From: Octopus bimaculoides
Lineage: Eukaryota
Direction: 5' to 3'
DNA length: 64,000 nucleotides
Assembly (NCBI RefSeq): GCF_001194135.2
Contig: NC_068981.1
Coordinates: 172,137,800 to 172,201,799 of the forward strand
The notes below the pieces were generated by a model. That model made no database searches. It saw nothing but the letters and a program-made list of their open reading frames with translations, and was not told the DNA's origin. Made by a program: the position numbers and the translations under genes. The first letter of the stretch is position 1. Every line of letters begins with the position of its first letter. Positions 1 through 12,504 of this stretch are shown piece by piece.

Positions 1-618
1 AATGGCTTTTTTTTTTTGATGTGGTTGAATATGTATAATAGTAGCACTCCTCATATAAGCAAGCAGTAATCTAATGTGGGTTCTAGTTACATGCTATTCG
101 ATTTTTATGGTTGGTAGGATAACAATATTGTTTTCTTTGTGTGTGTAATGATGGTATCTGTTAAAAGAAATAAGATCGGCATGATCCCACTGGATAATTT
201 TTTAGAGATTTCTGCCCATGGAATCAGTGAATGTCTGGTGTGAAGTATCTAGATTGCATATGGTTGACACTGGGGAATGGAAGGGATAGCCTCTGTGCAG
301 GCGTTGTTCGAAGTAACAACAAAAACGTTACTGTATAGAAGGAAGAATATGGGAACGAAATCGATCCCTGGTGGTCATTATATTTGACAGACTGTGTCAG
401 AACTCCATCAACACACGCCGTAGCTATGATACTGATAGGAATCTGATACTGATAGAAGCGTGTAGTTTTGTGAAGAGATGTTTATATCAGATAGGATCCA
501 ATGATTGCTGATGTCAAATAAGAACGACGGGATCGTAGTTAGCAGTGTGGAGGAGGTTTAGGTTTTTTAGGAATGGGACGCATTATCACATGTTTCCAAA
601 GATTTGGATTAAATTCCT

Positions 619-678
<60 letters not shown>

Positions 679-1700
679 AGGCGTTTGGGTGGATATGAGT
701 TAACTCTAGAGTGCATTGCTTGAGTGTCACGAAGGCCTGGTCGCCTTGTGAGACTGGAACAATCCGAGTAGCTTTCGCGCTTGTTGACTATGTGCATGTG
801 AGGCCGTGAAACAAGAGGAATGAAGGAAAGCTTGGAACGATTTTACTGATCGACAGTTAAATGTGTTTGCTAGTTTGTTTGTTTGTTTGTTTTCTGCAGG
901 ATTAAATATATTTGAGCAGTTTTAGTTGCTGAAAGGATTCAACAAAATAGAAATTCTTTTTACAAGGAACCAGCAATTTTTCTTGCAGCAGTCTTAGTGA
1001 CTATTTCCAAGAGTTTAATGAATTGTTCTTTAATCATACCGCTACGAGCAAAACCGTTTAGTGCATTTAGTGTTATGAGTTTTGGCTGTGTGGGGATTGT
1101 GAAGTTACATGTATGGAATATTGTTTCGATCACTTGCCTAGCTATCTCAAATGGCTCAGTGGTGAAATACATTTGCTGTCAGTGTGTGTTAAGTACCAGA
1201 GAGTACATAGTGAAGACGCTCGGATAATTATAGGCGTGTTGCTTTGAGTGGTAATGATCTGATGATGATGTTGACGCAACAGTTATTCTTGTTTACAGAT
1301 GGATAAGATATGGAGATAATTTTGTAAATTGCTGTTTATGAAAGATATAGGTAGGTACGGGTACTTATTGTTGCATACGGGTCAGAGTGGAAAAGGCATG
1401 TACACCTTGAGTATCAGTAAGAGAGAAGTTAAAGAACCAGGAGCTGTTCTGTTTCATTATAGTTTCTAGGTGCGTTAACTTCATAGATGTGTGATATAAG
1501 ATATTTTTGCAATGTAAGAAGTCGGTCAAATAGGTGACTGTTTGTGGAGAACGTTGGTAAGTGGTAGCAACAGCAGATGAACTTAGAAGAATAGGAAAGA
1601 GAAAATGTGTGCCAGAGTTAATGTTGTTGAAATCCATGTAGCATAAATGAATGCTGTAATGACTAAATTCTACGTATGCAGACATCACTTTTCGAAGCAT
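1..1700 (-). mobile_element. Decayed Jockey/CR1-group LINE (endonuclease + RT remnants)
   Basis: Frameshifted minus-strand motifs lie in the expected order: endonuclease-like MDFNN (~1630), LKQCTLELTHI (~720; cf. LKxCAPELAP), WKHVIMRPIPKK (~590), FDISN (~510; cf. LDISKAFD), HLFTKLHA, QGSI..PIFFLLYSN (~350-370; cf. QGSILGPILFLLYIND). Confidence 0.75.
619..678. repeat. (TAG)n microsatellite inside the LINE RT region
   Basis: About 20 perfect TAG units, seen directly. Confidence 0.95.
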
Positions 1701-2057
1701 ATTTAAAAACCAGTACCAGTTTCTATATGACTGTAGAAACTATATTCTTGTATGTGAATATATATTTACTTACGACTAGTAGTCGGTTGAATAGCAAAAA
1801 TGTTGTTATGGACAAAAACTTCTATTTTGATTTTAAGAAATGTTGTAAAAGGAACGCTCAATTCGTAGCTTATTTTCTAGACTGTCTATACTGCGTAAAA
1901 CATTGCTACAATCACAAAAAAAAACTATACGTATATATATAAATATATATATATATATATANNNNNNNNNNGCTCAATTCGTAGCTTATTTTCTAGACTG
2001 TCTATACTGCGTAAAACATTGCTACAATCACAAAAAAAAACTATACGTATATATATA

Positions 2058-2184
2058 AATGGGTGTGTGTGTATATAGAGAGACAGAGAAAGAGAGTGAG
2101 ATTTGTGTGTGTGTGTACATACGTGTGTATGTGCGTGTGTGTGTGCGTTCATGCATGTATGTATGTATGTATGTAAATCCGCAT

Positions 2185-2216
<32 letters not shown>

Positions 2217-2272
2217 ACACACACACAGAGACAGACAGACAGACAGATAGATAAATACATACATACATAAAT
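2058..2272. repeat. Compound (TG)/(TATG)/(CA)/(GACA)/(GATA) microsatellite
   Basis: Seen directly. Confidence 0.9.
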
Positions 2273-2413
2273 GAAGCATACAGGAATAGTGGACTCTCCT
2301 CTCCAATACGATTAGATAACATTGAAGACACTAAAAGAAACATGAGTGGAAATATTTTAAGATACAAGCCAGCATTTAATTTAGTAATAAGAACTATTAT
2401 AGTTATTCCTTAA

Positions 2414-2806
2414 CCCCTTCAATCACAGATAAAAAAAGTAAAACAGTTTTTAAAATTTTCATTTTCTATTTATACCAAAATAGAGGTCAATAATACATAT
2501 TAAGTAAATTTTCAAAGAATTCAGTATTCAATATGCTTAATTTTTGTCATGGATATAGAAAGATTTTGCTAACACTAGGTAAAAAAAAAAATACCAATTT
2601 ACTTACATTTGTGAGATTTACGAGAAGACGCAGCCATCCTCTATGACTTGTGAGCAAACACGGAGTCAGAATCACGTGGTCTTGGTTATATATGCGTTTT
2701 AGAGGTGTTTAATTAATTGGTAGCTGTGACTCAATTACAAATTTTATCTTTTTGGTAATTTAAACTGAAAAATTGTCCAATACATTGGATAAAGTGACTG
2801 AAGGGG
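2414..2806. mobile_element. piggyBac-like MITE with TTAA target duplication
   Basis: Left TTAA|CCCCTTCAATCAC (2410-2426), right GTGACTGAAGGGG|TTAA (2794-2810): a 13-bp TIR with 1 mismatch, CCC termini, TTAA on both sides, no ORF. Confidence 0.8.
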
Positions 2807-3059
2807 TTAATTTTGCCGGAACACATGCATAGTAAGATATTGAATAGGAACTCTGTTAAGATTAGTTAAGGTTCAGCCCAAAAAGATTTCGAGTGATATA
2901 TCAGAGGTTATAATGCAGCAAGGCTGAATGAAGCAGTGCAGCTGACCAACTACAATCATCAATCTTCAAAATTCATGGGTTGGTAACAGTTTAGCAAACT
3001 CGGCAGTAGAGTCGCTAAATTAGAAACAAACAAGAGAGATGAATCAAAACTGTAAATTG

Positions 3060-3252
3060 GAGCAACTAAATTGAAGTTCAATAATGTATTTTATAAACGC
3101 ATATATTCACTTCTCGGCTAAAAAGTAAATATTCGCTACTTTCTGTCGAAATTTATACGCTTTTTACCTGATACAAGTTTTTGCGAACAGACAGACAGTC
3201 AGGCGGACAAACCAACGCCCGCAAAAACATAACATCTTTGACGAAGGTAATA
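3060..3252. mobile_element. Possible Helentron-associated (DINE/HINE-like) element end
   Basis: A GACA microsatellite is followed by aaaacataacatctttgacgaaggtaataa, which resembles the ...ggcggaggtaat terminus of such elements. The family assignment is inference. Confidence 0.35.
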
Positions 3253-3354
3253 ACGCGAATTGTAAGAGAAAACTATGCTGCCATTGTTGAAAGTCCATGT
3301 TCCAAGGAAAAAAAACAAAAATATAGGAAATAACACATGTTGTACTGTATATTT

Positions 3355-3775
3355 CCTAGCAGTGCCGTATGGCACCGTAAAATAATTCAACAAAACAAAT
3401 ATCATTGCAATAGATCTTATGGATTATTTTCATTTGTCCCTATCTCTAACGAAGTATTTAGATATTATTCTAATAAAATACAAGATATTTTGACCATATT
3501 CCTGAATAAGCAAACAAATAGTAACTCACCTGTTTAGAGAAGTCATCTCCGCAGAGGATGTTTTTTCACATTAGCTGACAAACACACATGCTCACTCTCC
3601 CAAAGTCACACAGCTTCTAAACTATTGCATCATACATTGAGGCAAGAACCATTCCTGACATGTTCAATACATGTTCCATGGAAATTACTGTTCCTGTCGT
3701 TGTTATAGAGCTTTGTTTTTCTTTATACCTAATTTTTACGGTACCGTATGGCACCGCTAGGATTAAATGGGTTAA
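3355..3775. mobile_element. piggyBac-like MITE, left end truncated
   Basis: Right end ttttacggtaccgtatggcaccgctaggattaaatGGG|TTAA. An imperfect inverted counterpart cctagcagtgccgtatggcaccgtaaaa lies at 3355-3382 but lacks the outermost TTAACCC. Confidence 0.6.
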
Positions 3776-6448
3776 GATAATACTGGAAATAATGTACATC
3801 GAAAAATATATGATATAAGACTAGTATTTATTTTATATTAATAAACAGGTCACACAATCAGCAGTGACAATGCGTCAATGGAGATAAAGTATTTAATGAG
3901 AAGTTTGCGTCTCTGTAATTATATATCACGTTTGTAGTTTAAAAGAAAAAGAAATTACAACAATGCAACTTCAGAATATATCACTCGAATATAATTGTTT
4001 CCAATTCATTATTTCCATATTATGTTCTCGATCCAATCATAAACAAAATTAAATTTAAAAAGCTGTTTCATATATTCCACAAATTCAATGCTTTTAATTA
4101 ATTTCTTTTCGTTATTACTGTAGTTTTTTTTTTAATGTCGTCCTTTATTGCTGCTGCAACACAATACCTTACACTGGCTTCGATGCTAGATATAAACCCA
4201 CACAGTAATATAATAAAAGTAATATAATAAAAGATCGGTGTATTTTTTTCTGCTTGTCTAGTATGCAATCAACAGTTCATAATATTCATAACAAACTAAA
4301 AATACCAACGATCCTTCAAACTAAAAATGAAAAACAAAAGAACCTTTTTTTATTGCATGCAGTTCACTATCAGCAATACATTATGGCAGAGATTGACCGA
4401 AACGGTGAAGCGACAAATTAGTTGTGATGCAATATGTAGTTACCTCCTTTCACGTTCTCTAGACAATCCCGTCGAGAGTTAAGTTTATCTTTCAACATTC
4501 CACTCGATTTGATCGATAGTTTCATTCCCATAATACGTGGTCGTATGCTAAAGTTAGTACACAATAATCAGCAAGAAAGTTGTGCCATCTATGGCATCAT
4601 AGTACTTTTCCAATTCAAGCAAGTTTGCTTCATCACCCGTAAAATATAAGGTTCTTTTAGAAAATCAAATTTGCTTCCTGTAAAATATAGAATGTTTAAG
4701 CCTTTTTTATAACGAAATGAATAGTTTTGTCCTATAATTAAGATACAGCTCACAGATAATTAAGATAAAGCATACAGATATACATTTTCACCCGCTTCGC
4801 AACCTCTTAGTTTCGGGTTCATTCCCACTACGAAGCACCATGGACAAATAATATTATAACCCCGCGCCGAACAATGCTTTTATTAGTAAATTTTGTAGGC
4901 AGAAATTATTTGGAAGCCTCTTATATTTATATGTATGCGTCTGTGTGCGTGCGCGTCTTTGTATTTGCTATCACACTGTTTGATAAACCGGTGTTGGTTT
5001 GCTTACTTCCCTGTAGCTTAGCGTTTCGGCAAAGGCCGATAGAATATTTCCACACTTTAAGAAATAGGTATTAGGGTCGATTTGTTTCAGTAAAAATGTA
5101 TGGCTTAGTCGTCCATAGTCTTCCATCATAGCCGACTGAATCAGGTCATGTGTTCTTGTACCAACGTAAGAGATGACTGTTATGAAGAATGATAGAATCA
5201 TTGGATAGATTGACAATATGCCTCAAGTATTTATTTAGTCAGCGTCAACTCTTTATCCTTTCTGGTCCGATAAAATAAGTACCAGTTAAGTTCTGGAACG
5301 ATTTAATTAGCTAGCCTCTCCCAAAAGTTAGAAATTTGTAATACCAAGAGCACTACCTACGGTTGTATAAATGTCAAAGTCTCATACCCTACTACGTAAA
5401 ACATGGGAATTTTGTGACTAATTAAAAGGTATTAATAATATCTGGAGATATCTTGGGATTATTTGATTGAATTTATTTTGCTTTTCATCCCACTGGGTTA
5501 GATAGAATAGCTACCAGCAATGGCTTACAGTTAGATCTCGTATTCAGCTTCAAGCCTGTGACGTCAATCGTTTTAGTCAACCTAACCACTTGGTTTACGA
5601 TCTAGTTCAGATCATGAACTGTGAGTGATATTTTGTGTATAGCAGTCCATTCTATGTAAAACTAATCAAGGACATGCATCAATGGTTGCATGAATGTTTT
5701 ATTCAATTATAGAGATTATATTATGGTGATGCCACAACATTATTCTACAGTGAAATAAAATTATAACCGATATCTCCGAGTTATGAGTAGATGTAGGATA
5801 CTGTAATATATGAAATATCTCTGTTGCTGAACACTTACTGCAATACGGTAAAAACTGAATGTTATAAAGGGTTAAGAAACTGAAGGAAGAAAATTGTATC
5901 GACACGAATTTCGAATACAAATACGATAATAAAAAACAGATCGTTAAATGTAAAAAAAAAAAAGATATTGAAGAAACTGTATAAGCCTATCATTAAGGAA
6001 CCAAAGAGTAGAAACATATATTGTGACTTTGCATTGAATGCATATTAAGGGGTTTAAAAGTGAAACATTTTGACATTTACAGCACTATCATCGGATATAA
6101 TCCAACCACAAATTGATGGGTCCAGCTAATTGGCATGTTTTGTTTCCTTCTGATCCTTCTGTCACAACCATAGTGGTTTCTGTTCCTCCGAACCACAAGC
6201 TACATACCATGTTCACACAGTCTAAATCAATGTTGTCACCGATCAGTAAGCCTTTTGAACTTCACCAGTCAATAATAACTTACAAAGTTCATAAACGCCT
6301 CTTTTTTTCCTTCCAAATAAGTTCATGAAACTTAGAACATTATCGACTGAAATGCCAACCGAAATTATCATTTCTGACAAAAATACTTGTACAATAATGA
6401 TTCTAGAATATTCCTCAATATACCAATATACTAGAAGATAACTTCCCT

Positions 6449-7392
6449 GTCATACATTATTCCCTCCCTCTCACATCCATGACACCAACCACGCGCTTCG
6501 GTTTGTTCAGCTCTTTCTCCTTCCTTCCTGTCCCCTCTAAACTTCTCTTCCTCCTCGACATCCAGAGCCTTTACACAGTGATCCCTCACCACGAGGGCTG
6601 CGTGCACTCCAACATTTCCTTGATCTTTGATCCAACCCCCAACCCGACACATCCACACTCGTTTGTCTAGGCGAACTTGTCCTCTCACTCAACTGCTTCT
6701 CGTTCGTTGGTGATTTTTACCAGGAAATCTCGGAAGTGGCCATGGGAACGAGAATGAGCCCCAACTATGCGAACCAGTTCGTTGGCTACGTTGAGGCCCA
6801 AATATTCTCAACTTTCACTGGTCCCACTCCCGAACTATACGGCCGTTATATTGACGACTGTATCGGTGCAACCTCACTCTCCCGTGAACATCTAGACTCC
6901 TCCCCTCTTTTGTCAAATCTTTCCATCCTGCCCTCCACTTCTCCTGCACTACCTTTGACACCTCTGTCTCCTTTCTTGGCATTTCGGTCAGCATTCATCA
7001 CTCCACTCTTACCACCTCTATCCACTACAAACACACAGACTCACACTCATACCTCAACTTCTCCTCCTCCCACCCTAAACATGCCAAGCTTTCCATCCAC
7101 TCTTCCCAATTCCTCTGTCTACGCAGGCTCTGTAGTGACAACCATGACTTTGAGACTCAGTTTCAACTCATGGCTCGCCACTTCATCCTACGTGGATATC
7201 CCCTCACCACTATCCACACCGCCCTTGCCAGAGCACTTCCGTGGACCGTGCATCTGCTCTCTCCCCCACTACATATTCTTTGCTTTCTCTCTTTGTTTCC
7301 TTCTGTGTTCCTTTCTGTAGAAGAGCGTAGGCTCGAAACGTTAAAGACTTTTTCACTTCCCGAGCGTTAAACTAATACATCTGTTTGTTGTC
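6449..7392 (+). mobile_element. Penelope-like element: RT fragment plus 3' pLTR-like tail, 5'-truncated and frameshifted
   Basis: Motifs LDIQSLYTVIPHHEG, AMGTRMSPNYANQFVGYVE, YGRYIDDCIG and RHFILRGYPLTTIHTALARA are typical of Penelope RT. The tail gaagagcgtaggctcgaaacg follows. The element ends in an N gap. Confidence 0.9.
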
Positions 7393-7571
7393 NNNNNNNN
7401 NNNNNNNNNNNNNNNNNNNNNNNNNNNNNNNNNNNNNNNNNNNNNNNNNNNNNNNNNNNNNNNNNNNNNNNNNNNNNNNNNNNNNNNNNNNNNNNNNNNN
7501 NNNNNNNNNNNNNNNNNNNNNNNNNNNNNNNNNNNNNNNNNNNNNNNNNNNNNNNNNNNNATATATATATA

Positions 7572-7961
7572 TATACATAGATGGGTACAAGACGTCGCCA
7601 ACTGTAAACAACATGAAGTACGAAAACAAACGAGTTAATACGCATACAACGAGGGAGAAAAATGGAAAAAAGAATGACCCTTCATCAGTTGTCAGCTATG
7701 ATGTATTTCCAAAGTATTTAAGATCTCAATTGATAAAACATCGCACTTTTAAATTAATTATGTATGCTAATTACGATATTATATAAGTAATGATGTTTTT
7801 TTTCTACCGAAACAGCTGTTGAGCATAATTATGAATTATATATGAAATTCATGTTTTCTACTTATTGGTGTATTTATATGTGCGTATGTGTGAGTATGTG
7901 TGTATGTGTCTGTATGTGTCTCTGTGTGTCTCCCCCGATATACATGCATATGTATATGTAT

Positions 7962-8016
<55 letters not shown>

Positions 8017-8130
8017 CATGCATATATGGGTACAGGACGTCACCAATGGTGCAAATAACATGAAATATGTAAACAAACGTGGGAAAGACGAGTGAAATAC
8101 GTAAACAACGAGAAAAATGGAAAACAGGAC
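7572..8130 (-). repeat. Two diverged copies of an interspersed repeat (7572-7665 and 8030-8130) around a (GATA)n tract
   Basis: Both begin atgggtaca(a/g)gacgtc(g/a)ccaa and continue aca...aacatgaa...aaacaaacg. They may be retroelement tails. Confidence 0.55.
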
Positions 8131-8253
8131 TATATATATGTGTGTGTGAGTGTGTGTGTATTCTGTAAATAATAATAATTGTATTTTATAATCTTAAAGC
8201 TTATAACTGGTCACTGCGCAATGACTAAAAAAAATAGTCTAATAATGGGGCAT

Positions 8254-8428
8254 ATAAGCCCTCGGCGGAAAAAAGTAGATTTTCCCGTACGCATGGGACT
8301 CGAACCCACACCTCTTTGTTTTCGTGACAAGTACTTTTCACATCAATACTTGTCGCGAAAACAAAGAGGTGTGCGTTCGAGTCCCACGCGTACGGGAAAA
8401 CCTACTTTTTTTTTTGTCGAGGGCTTAT
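8254..8428. repeat. 175-bp foldback (imperfect palindrome) built from a tRNA-like 3' half
   Basis: Arms of about 80 bp with a few mismatches flank the 13-nt loop cttttcacatcaa. The right arm carries the B-box-like GTTCGAGTCCC followed by a T9 run. Confidence 0.9.
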
Positions 8429-9573
8429 TGTAAAAATCGACACACACACACACACACACACANNNNNNNNNNNNNNNNNNNNNNNNNNNNNNNNNNNNNN
8501 NNNNNNNNNNNNNNNNNNNNNNNNNNNNNNNNNNNNNNNNNNNNNNNNNNNNNNNNNNNNNNNNNNNNNNNNNNNNNNNNNNNNNNNNNNNNNNNNNNNN
8601 NNNNNNNNNNNNNNNNNNNNNNNNNNNNNNNNNNNNNNNNNNNNNNNNNNNNNNNNNNNNNNNNNNNNNNNNNNNNNNNNNNNNNNNNNNNNNNNNNNNN
8701 NNNNNNNNNNNNNNNNNNNNNNNNNNNNNNNNNNNNNNNNNNNNNNNNNNNNNNNNNNNNNNNNNNNNNNNNNNNNNNNNNNNNNNNNNNNNNNNNNNNN
8801 NNNNNNNNNNNNNNNNNNNNNNNNNNNNNNNNNNNNNNNNNNNNNNNNNNNNNNNNNNTGTGTGTGTGTGTGTGTGTGTATGTGTGTATGTGCGTGTGTT
8901 CGGGGAGTAACAATAGCATTATTATGACAGCATCAGGAAAGGCATTTGAGTTAACGCTTTGCAGTAATTTCAGTCTTTTTATGTTTTGCGTAATATTCCC
9001 GCTGAGATCGATTTTACCTTTCATCCTTTTGTGGTCGATGAAATAAAAATAACAGTCAAGAACTGAAATGATTTAATCGACTATAACCTTTTCCCAAAAT
9101 TTGTGATCTCGTACCCATTGTAGTTGTAGTAATGGTGGTGGTGGTGGTGGTGGTGTCATTCTAAATACATTTTGACTCCATTCAGGTTAGATGCAGAAAA
9201 TATGATTTGATATATATTAACTGTCGTATGTTTGATTTTGTGTTGTTTTGTTTTGCAAGACGCAAATCTTCGCTGGTTTCCTCTGGCTCTAGGTTTATTC
9301 TTATAGAAAATAAGAAATTCCTTCAAAGGAATTGATCACTGAAGGAGAATTCCGGACCTGTAAAGTGGTTGCAATAGGTTAAAGGGTCGTACTATGACCC
9401 GTTACTGATTCTCCATAATTAAAACCGATGTTTTTTCAATGTAGAGCTATAGTCAGATACTCTATGATGTGTTTAGTTTGTAGAGATGTACAAATTAGTG
9501 TTAAATTATCTAACACGCAAAACATTAAAAATAAATTAGAAATATACAGCGAGGAAAGACATTATTTTTGTGC

Positions 9574-9951
9574 GGCACTCCATCGGTTACGACGACGAGG
9601 GTTCACAGTTGATCCGATCAACGGAACAGCCTGCTCGTGAAATTAACGTGCAAGTGGCTGCGCACTCCACAGACACGTGTACTCTTAACATAGTTGTCAG
9701 GGGGATTCAGCGTGACACAGAGTGTGACGAGGCTGGTCCTTTGAAATACAAGTACAACATAACAGAAAGAAAGAGTGAGAGAAATTCGTGGTGAAAGTGT
9801 ACAGCAGGATTCGCCACCCCCACCCTTTCGGAGCCTCGTGGAGCTTTAGGTGTTTTCGCTCAATAAACACTCACAATGCTCGGTCTGGAAATTGAAACCG
9901 CCATCTAACAAACGCGAGTCTGGTGCCCTAACCACTGGGCCATTGCGCCTT
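9574..9951 (-). mobile_element. tRNA-derived SINE, full length (type A)
   Basis: Reverse complement of the 10321-10684 copy, with A- and B-box-like head. Confidence 0.9.
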
Positions 9952-9961
9952 CACAATAGGA

Positions 9962-10255
9962 GCACTCCGTCCCAGCTGATACGATCAGCGGAACAGCTTG
10001 CTCGTGAAATTAACGTGCAAGAGGCTGAGCACTCCACAGACACGTGTACCCTTAACGTAGTTCTCAGGGAGATTCAGCGTGACACAGAGTGTGGCAAGGC
10101 TGGCCCTTTGAAATACAGGTACCACTCATTTTTGTCAGCTGAGTGGACTGGAGCAATGTGAAATAAAGTGTCATGCTAAAGGACACAACACGTCGCGGGG
10201 AATTGAACTCACGATCGTGAGCCGAATGTCCTAACCACTAAGCCACGTGCCTTCA
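9962..10255 (-). mobile_element. tRNA-derived SINE with CORE-like middle and the type A 3' tail
   Basis: Shares the tail cggaacagc.tgctcgtgaaattaacgtgc...tttgaaatacaggtac with its neighbours, then switches to a CORE-like segment (aaagtgtcatgctaaaggacacaac) and a different head. Confidence 0.8.
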
Positions 10256-10320
10256 CTAAAGACATTATTGGTCAATGACTAATATTATTTTCATTTTATC
10301 TGTAAATACAAGAAACGGTG

Positions 10321-10684
10321 GAGGCGCAATGGCCCAGTGGTTAGGGCAGCGGACTCGCGGTCATAGGATCGCGTTTTCGATTCCCAGACCGGGCGTTGTG
10401 AGTGTTTATTGAGCGAAAACACGTAGCTCCGGCAGGGGATGGTGGCGAACCCTGCTGTATTCTTCCACCACAACTTTCTCTCACTCTTACTTCCTGTTTC
10501 TGTTGTACCTGTATTTCAAAGGGCCAGCCTTGTCACACTGTGTCACGCTGAATATCCCCGAGAACTACGTTAAAGGTACACGTGTCTGTGGAGTGCTCAG
10601 CCACTTGCACGTTAATTTCACGAGCAGGCTGTTCCGTTGATCGGATCAATTGAAACCCTCGACGTCGTAAGCGACGGAGTGCCA
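10321..10684 (+). mobile_element. tRNA-derived SINE, full length (type A)
   Basis: Head gaggcgcaatggcccagtggttagggcagcggactcgcgg...tttcgattcccagacc has A- and B-box-like motifs; body matches 9574-9951 in inverted orientation. Confidence 0.9.
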
Positions 10685-12255
10685 ACAACAAGAAACGACT
10701 CTGGAGATGTTTCGGTCTTATTTTGCTTTCTTCAGCAAAAGATGCCTTAACTTTCACTTTATTGCTAAAGTAGATGTTAGCAAAAGAAAATTAAAATATT
10801 TAGAAATTATTCAAGAACATCATCCACAAGAAATATATTTACGTTAGTGTTAATATATCTAGTGTATGTCTTAGTTATGACGTACAATTTTGACGTACTC
10901 TCTCTCTTCTTATTTCTTTCTGCCTTGCCTTCTATCTCGAAGTAATTTTACTGAATACGTTAAAACATTTGTAATTCAAACGTGAAGATATAAATCCTCA
11001 GTAGAATTCCATCATCGGTTCCAGTGGTTTGCTAGACAACAATTATCATCATCATGAACTTTCACCTAAAAATTCAATTTATTTTTCTCTCTCCTCATTA
11101 TTCAACATCACGCATGTCTCTTTGCACTTTATAAATAACTGTTGACTGTTGTATCAAGAAACGAATCATTAATATAATTTTAAAACCTTCTGCAATCCAT
11201 GTCTTTTAATTAACATACAAGAAAACAATTGATTGAAACAAAATTCCTTGGTATCTAACAATATTTTATTGTAGTTGTTATTTTTCAGAATCTTTATTTT
11301 ATTTATTATTTTTCATTTTTTACATAATTAACGATATTCAATAAGCAATGTCTCTATCTCTATTACTGATGTACAAAATCTTGAATAGTTATCTAAGTCT
11401 CAGAATTGAACCAAATTCTGAAACTCTGCAATGGAAATTCAGATATATCAATGATGTTATAAATTATCATTAAATTTGAAGATTAAATGTCCGAGTGTGT
11501 TTAGTTAGACCCTTTTACATTCCAGATTTATTCACCTTCGGTTTTCATTCGTTATTCATGACTGATAAAATAAATATCAGTCAAGTACTAGAATCGATTC
11601 AGCATACTATTCCCATCCGCCAGCAGAATCGATAGATTTGCGCCATTGTTACAAATCAAATCAACAAGGGAGTGGTAGAGTGATAAAGTAGATAGAGCGT
11701 TATACAAAATGTTTTTTGGTATTTAGTTGCATTCCTTTACATTCTAATTCCAAATCCTACAGATTGACAAAACCACTAACATTTCTCTACTGGATGTCGA
11801 TATATTCGATAGTTCCTACCTTATGCCTAAGATCCTATATTGAAAGATATGGCAGAAATAGTATACATTGCGTGTGGGGTGGCCGACAATCAGACATTTT
11901 AAAGTGAATTTCATTTCAATCAGTCATTTTAAAGTGAAAGTTTATTCTTCGGTATCGCATCTTGCATTAAAGAGAAGAATCTAAATTACATCAGACAAAT
12001 TATACAAGCCGAGTGAAATATGACCCCGTTTTTCGAGAGAAGTGACAATATTTAAGCAGCTTTAACATTTGGTTTGTGATCAAAACTGAAGATATTTTGT
12101 ATCTTTTGCTTTCAAATAATCTGCAATCGTACTTAGAACTATTGATGTGAGCATAAATACTTTAACATCAGGAAATGCATAGGAATAAGTCATCCTCAAA
12201 TCGTCAAAGACCTCAAATGAATAAAATTTAATGACAAAGATTAAATTAAATAAAC

Positions 12256-12504
12256 CAGTGGTTCTTGTGGTCGAGGACGATGGCAGACTTCCTTCGCGAC
12301 GGCTGTGAAAATTGAAAACGGGCGGAGGAATTGCTATGCTTTAATAAAATCAAGCTGGTTCTAAGCATTTGAATTTGTGGAAGAAAGAATTATATAGGTG
12401 CAAATTCCATTGTGCTCTAATTAATATAGAAGGGGAGATAATAGAATTTGACTAATATTCTTTTAGGGAGAGAAGGCAAACATTTGTCAGTTTGAGGACC
12501 ACTG
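12256..12504. mobile_element. hAT (Charlie-like) MITE, degenerate
   Basis: Termini CAGTGGTTCT / TTTGAGGACCACTG. The 8-bp flanks aaataaac and cattaaac form a partly matching target duplication. Confidence 0.5.

Noticed and set aside
1852-2060. Near-exact ~90-bp direct repeat on both sides of a 10-N gap
   Set aside because: Typical overlap of contig ends across a scaffold gap; most likely an assembly artefact.
10321-10395. Possible tRNA gene
   Set aside because: It has A/B boxes but continues into a SINE body repeated nearby, with no convincing acceptor stem.
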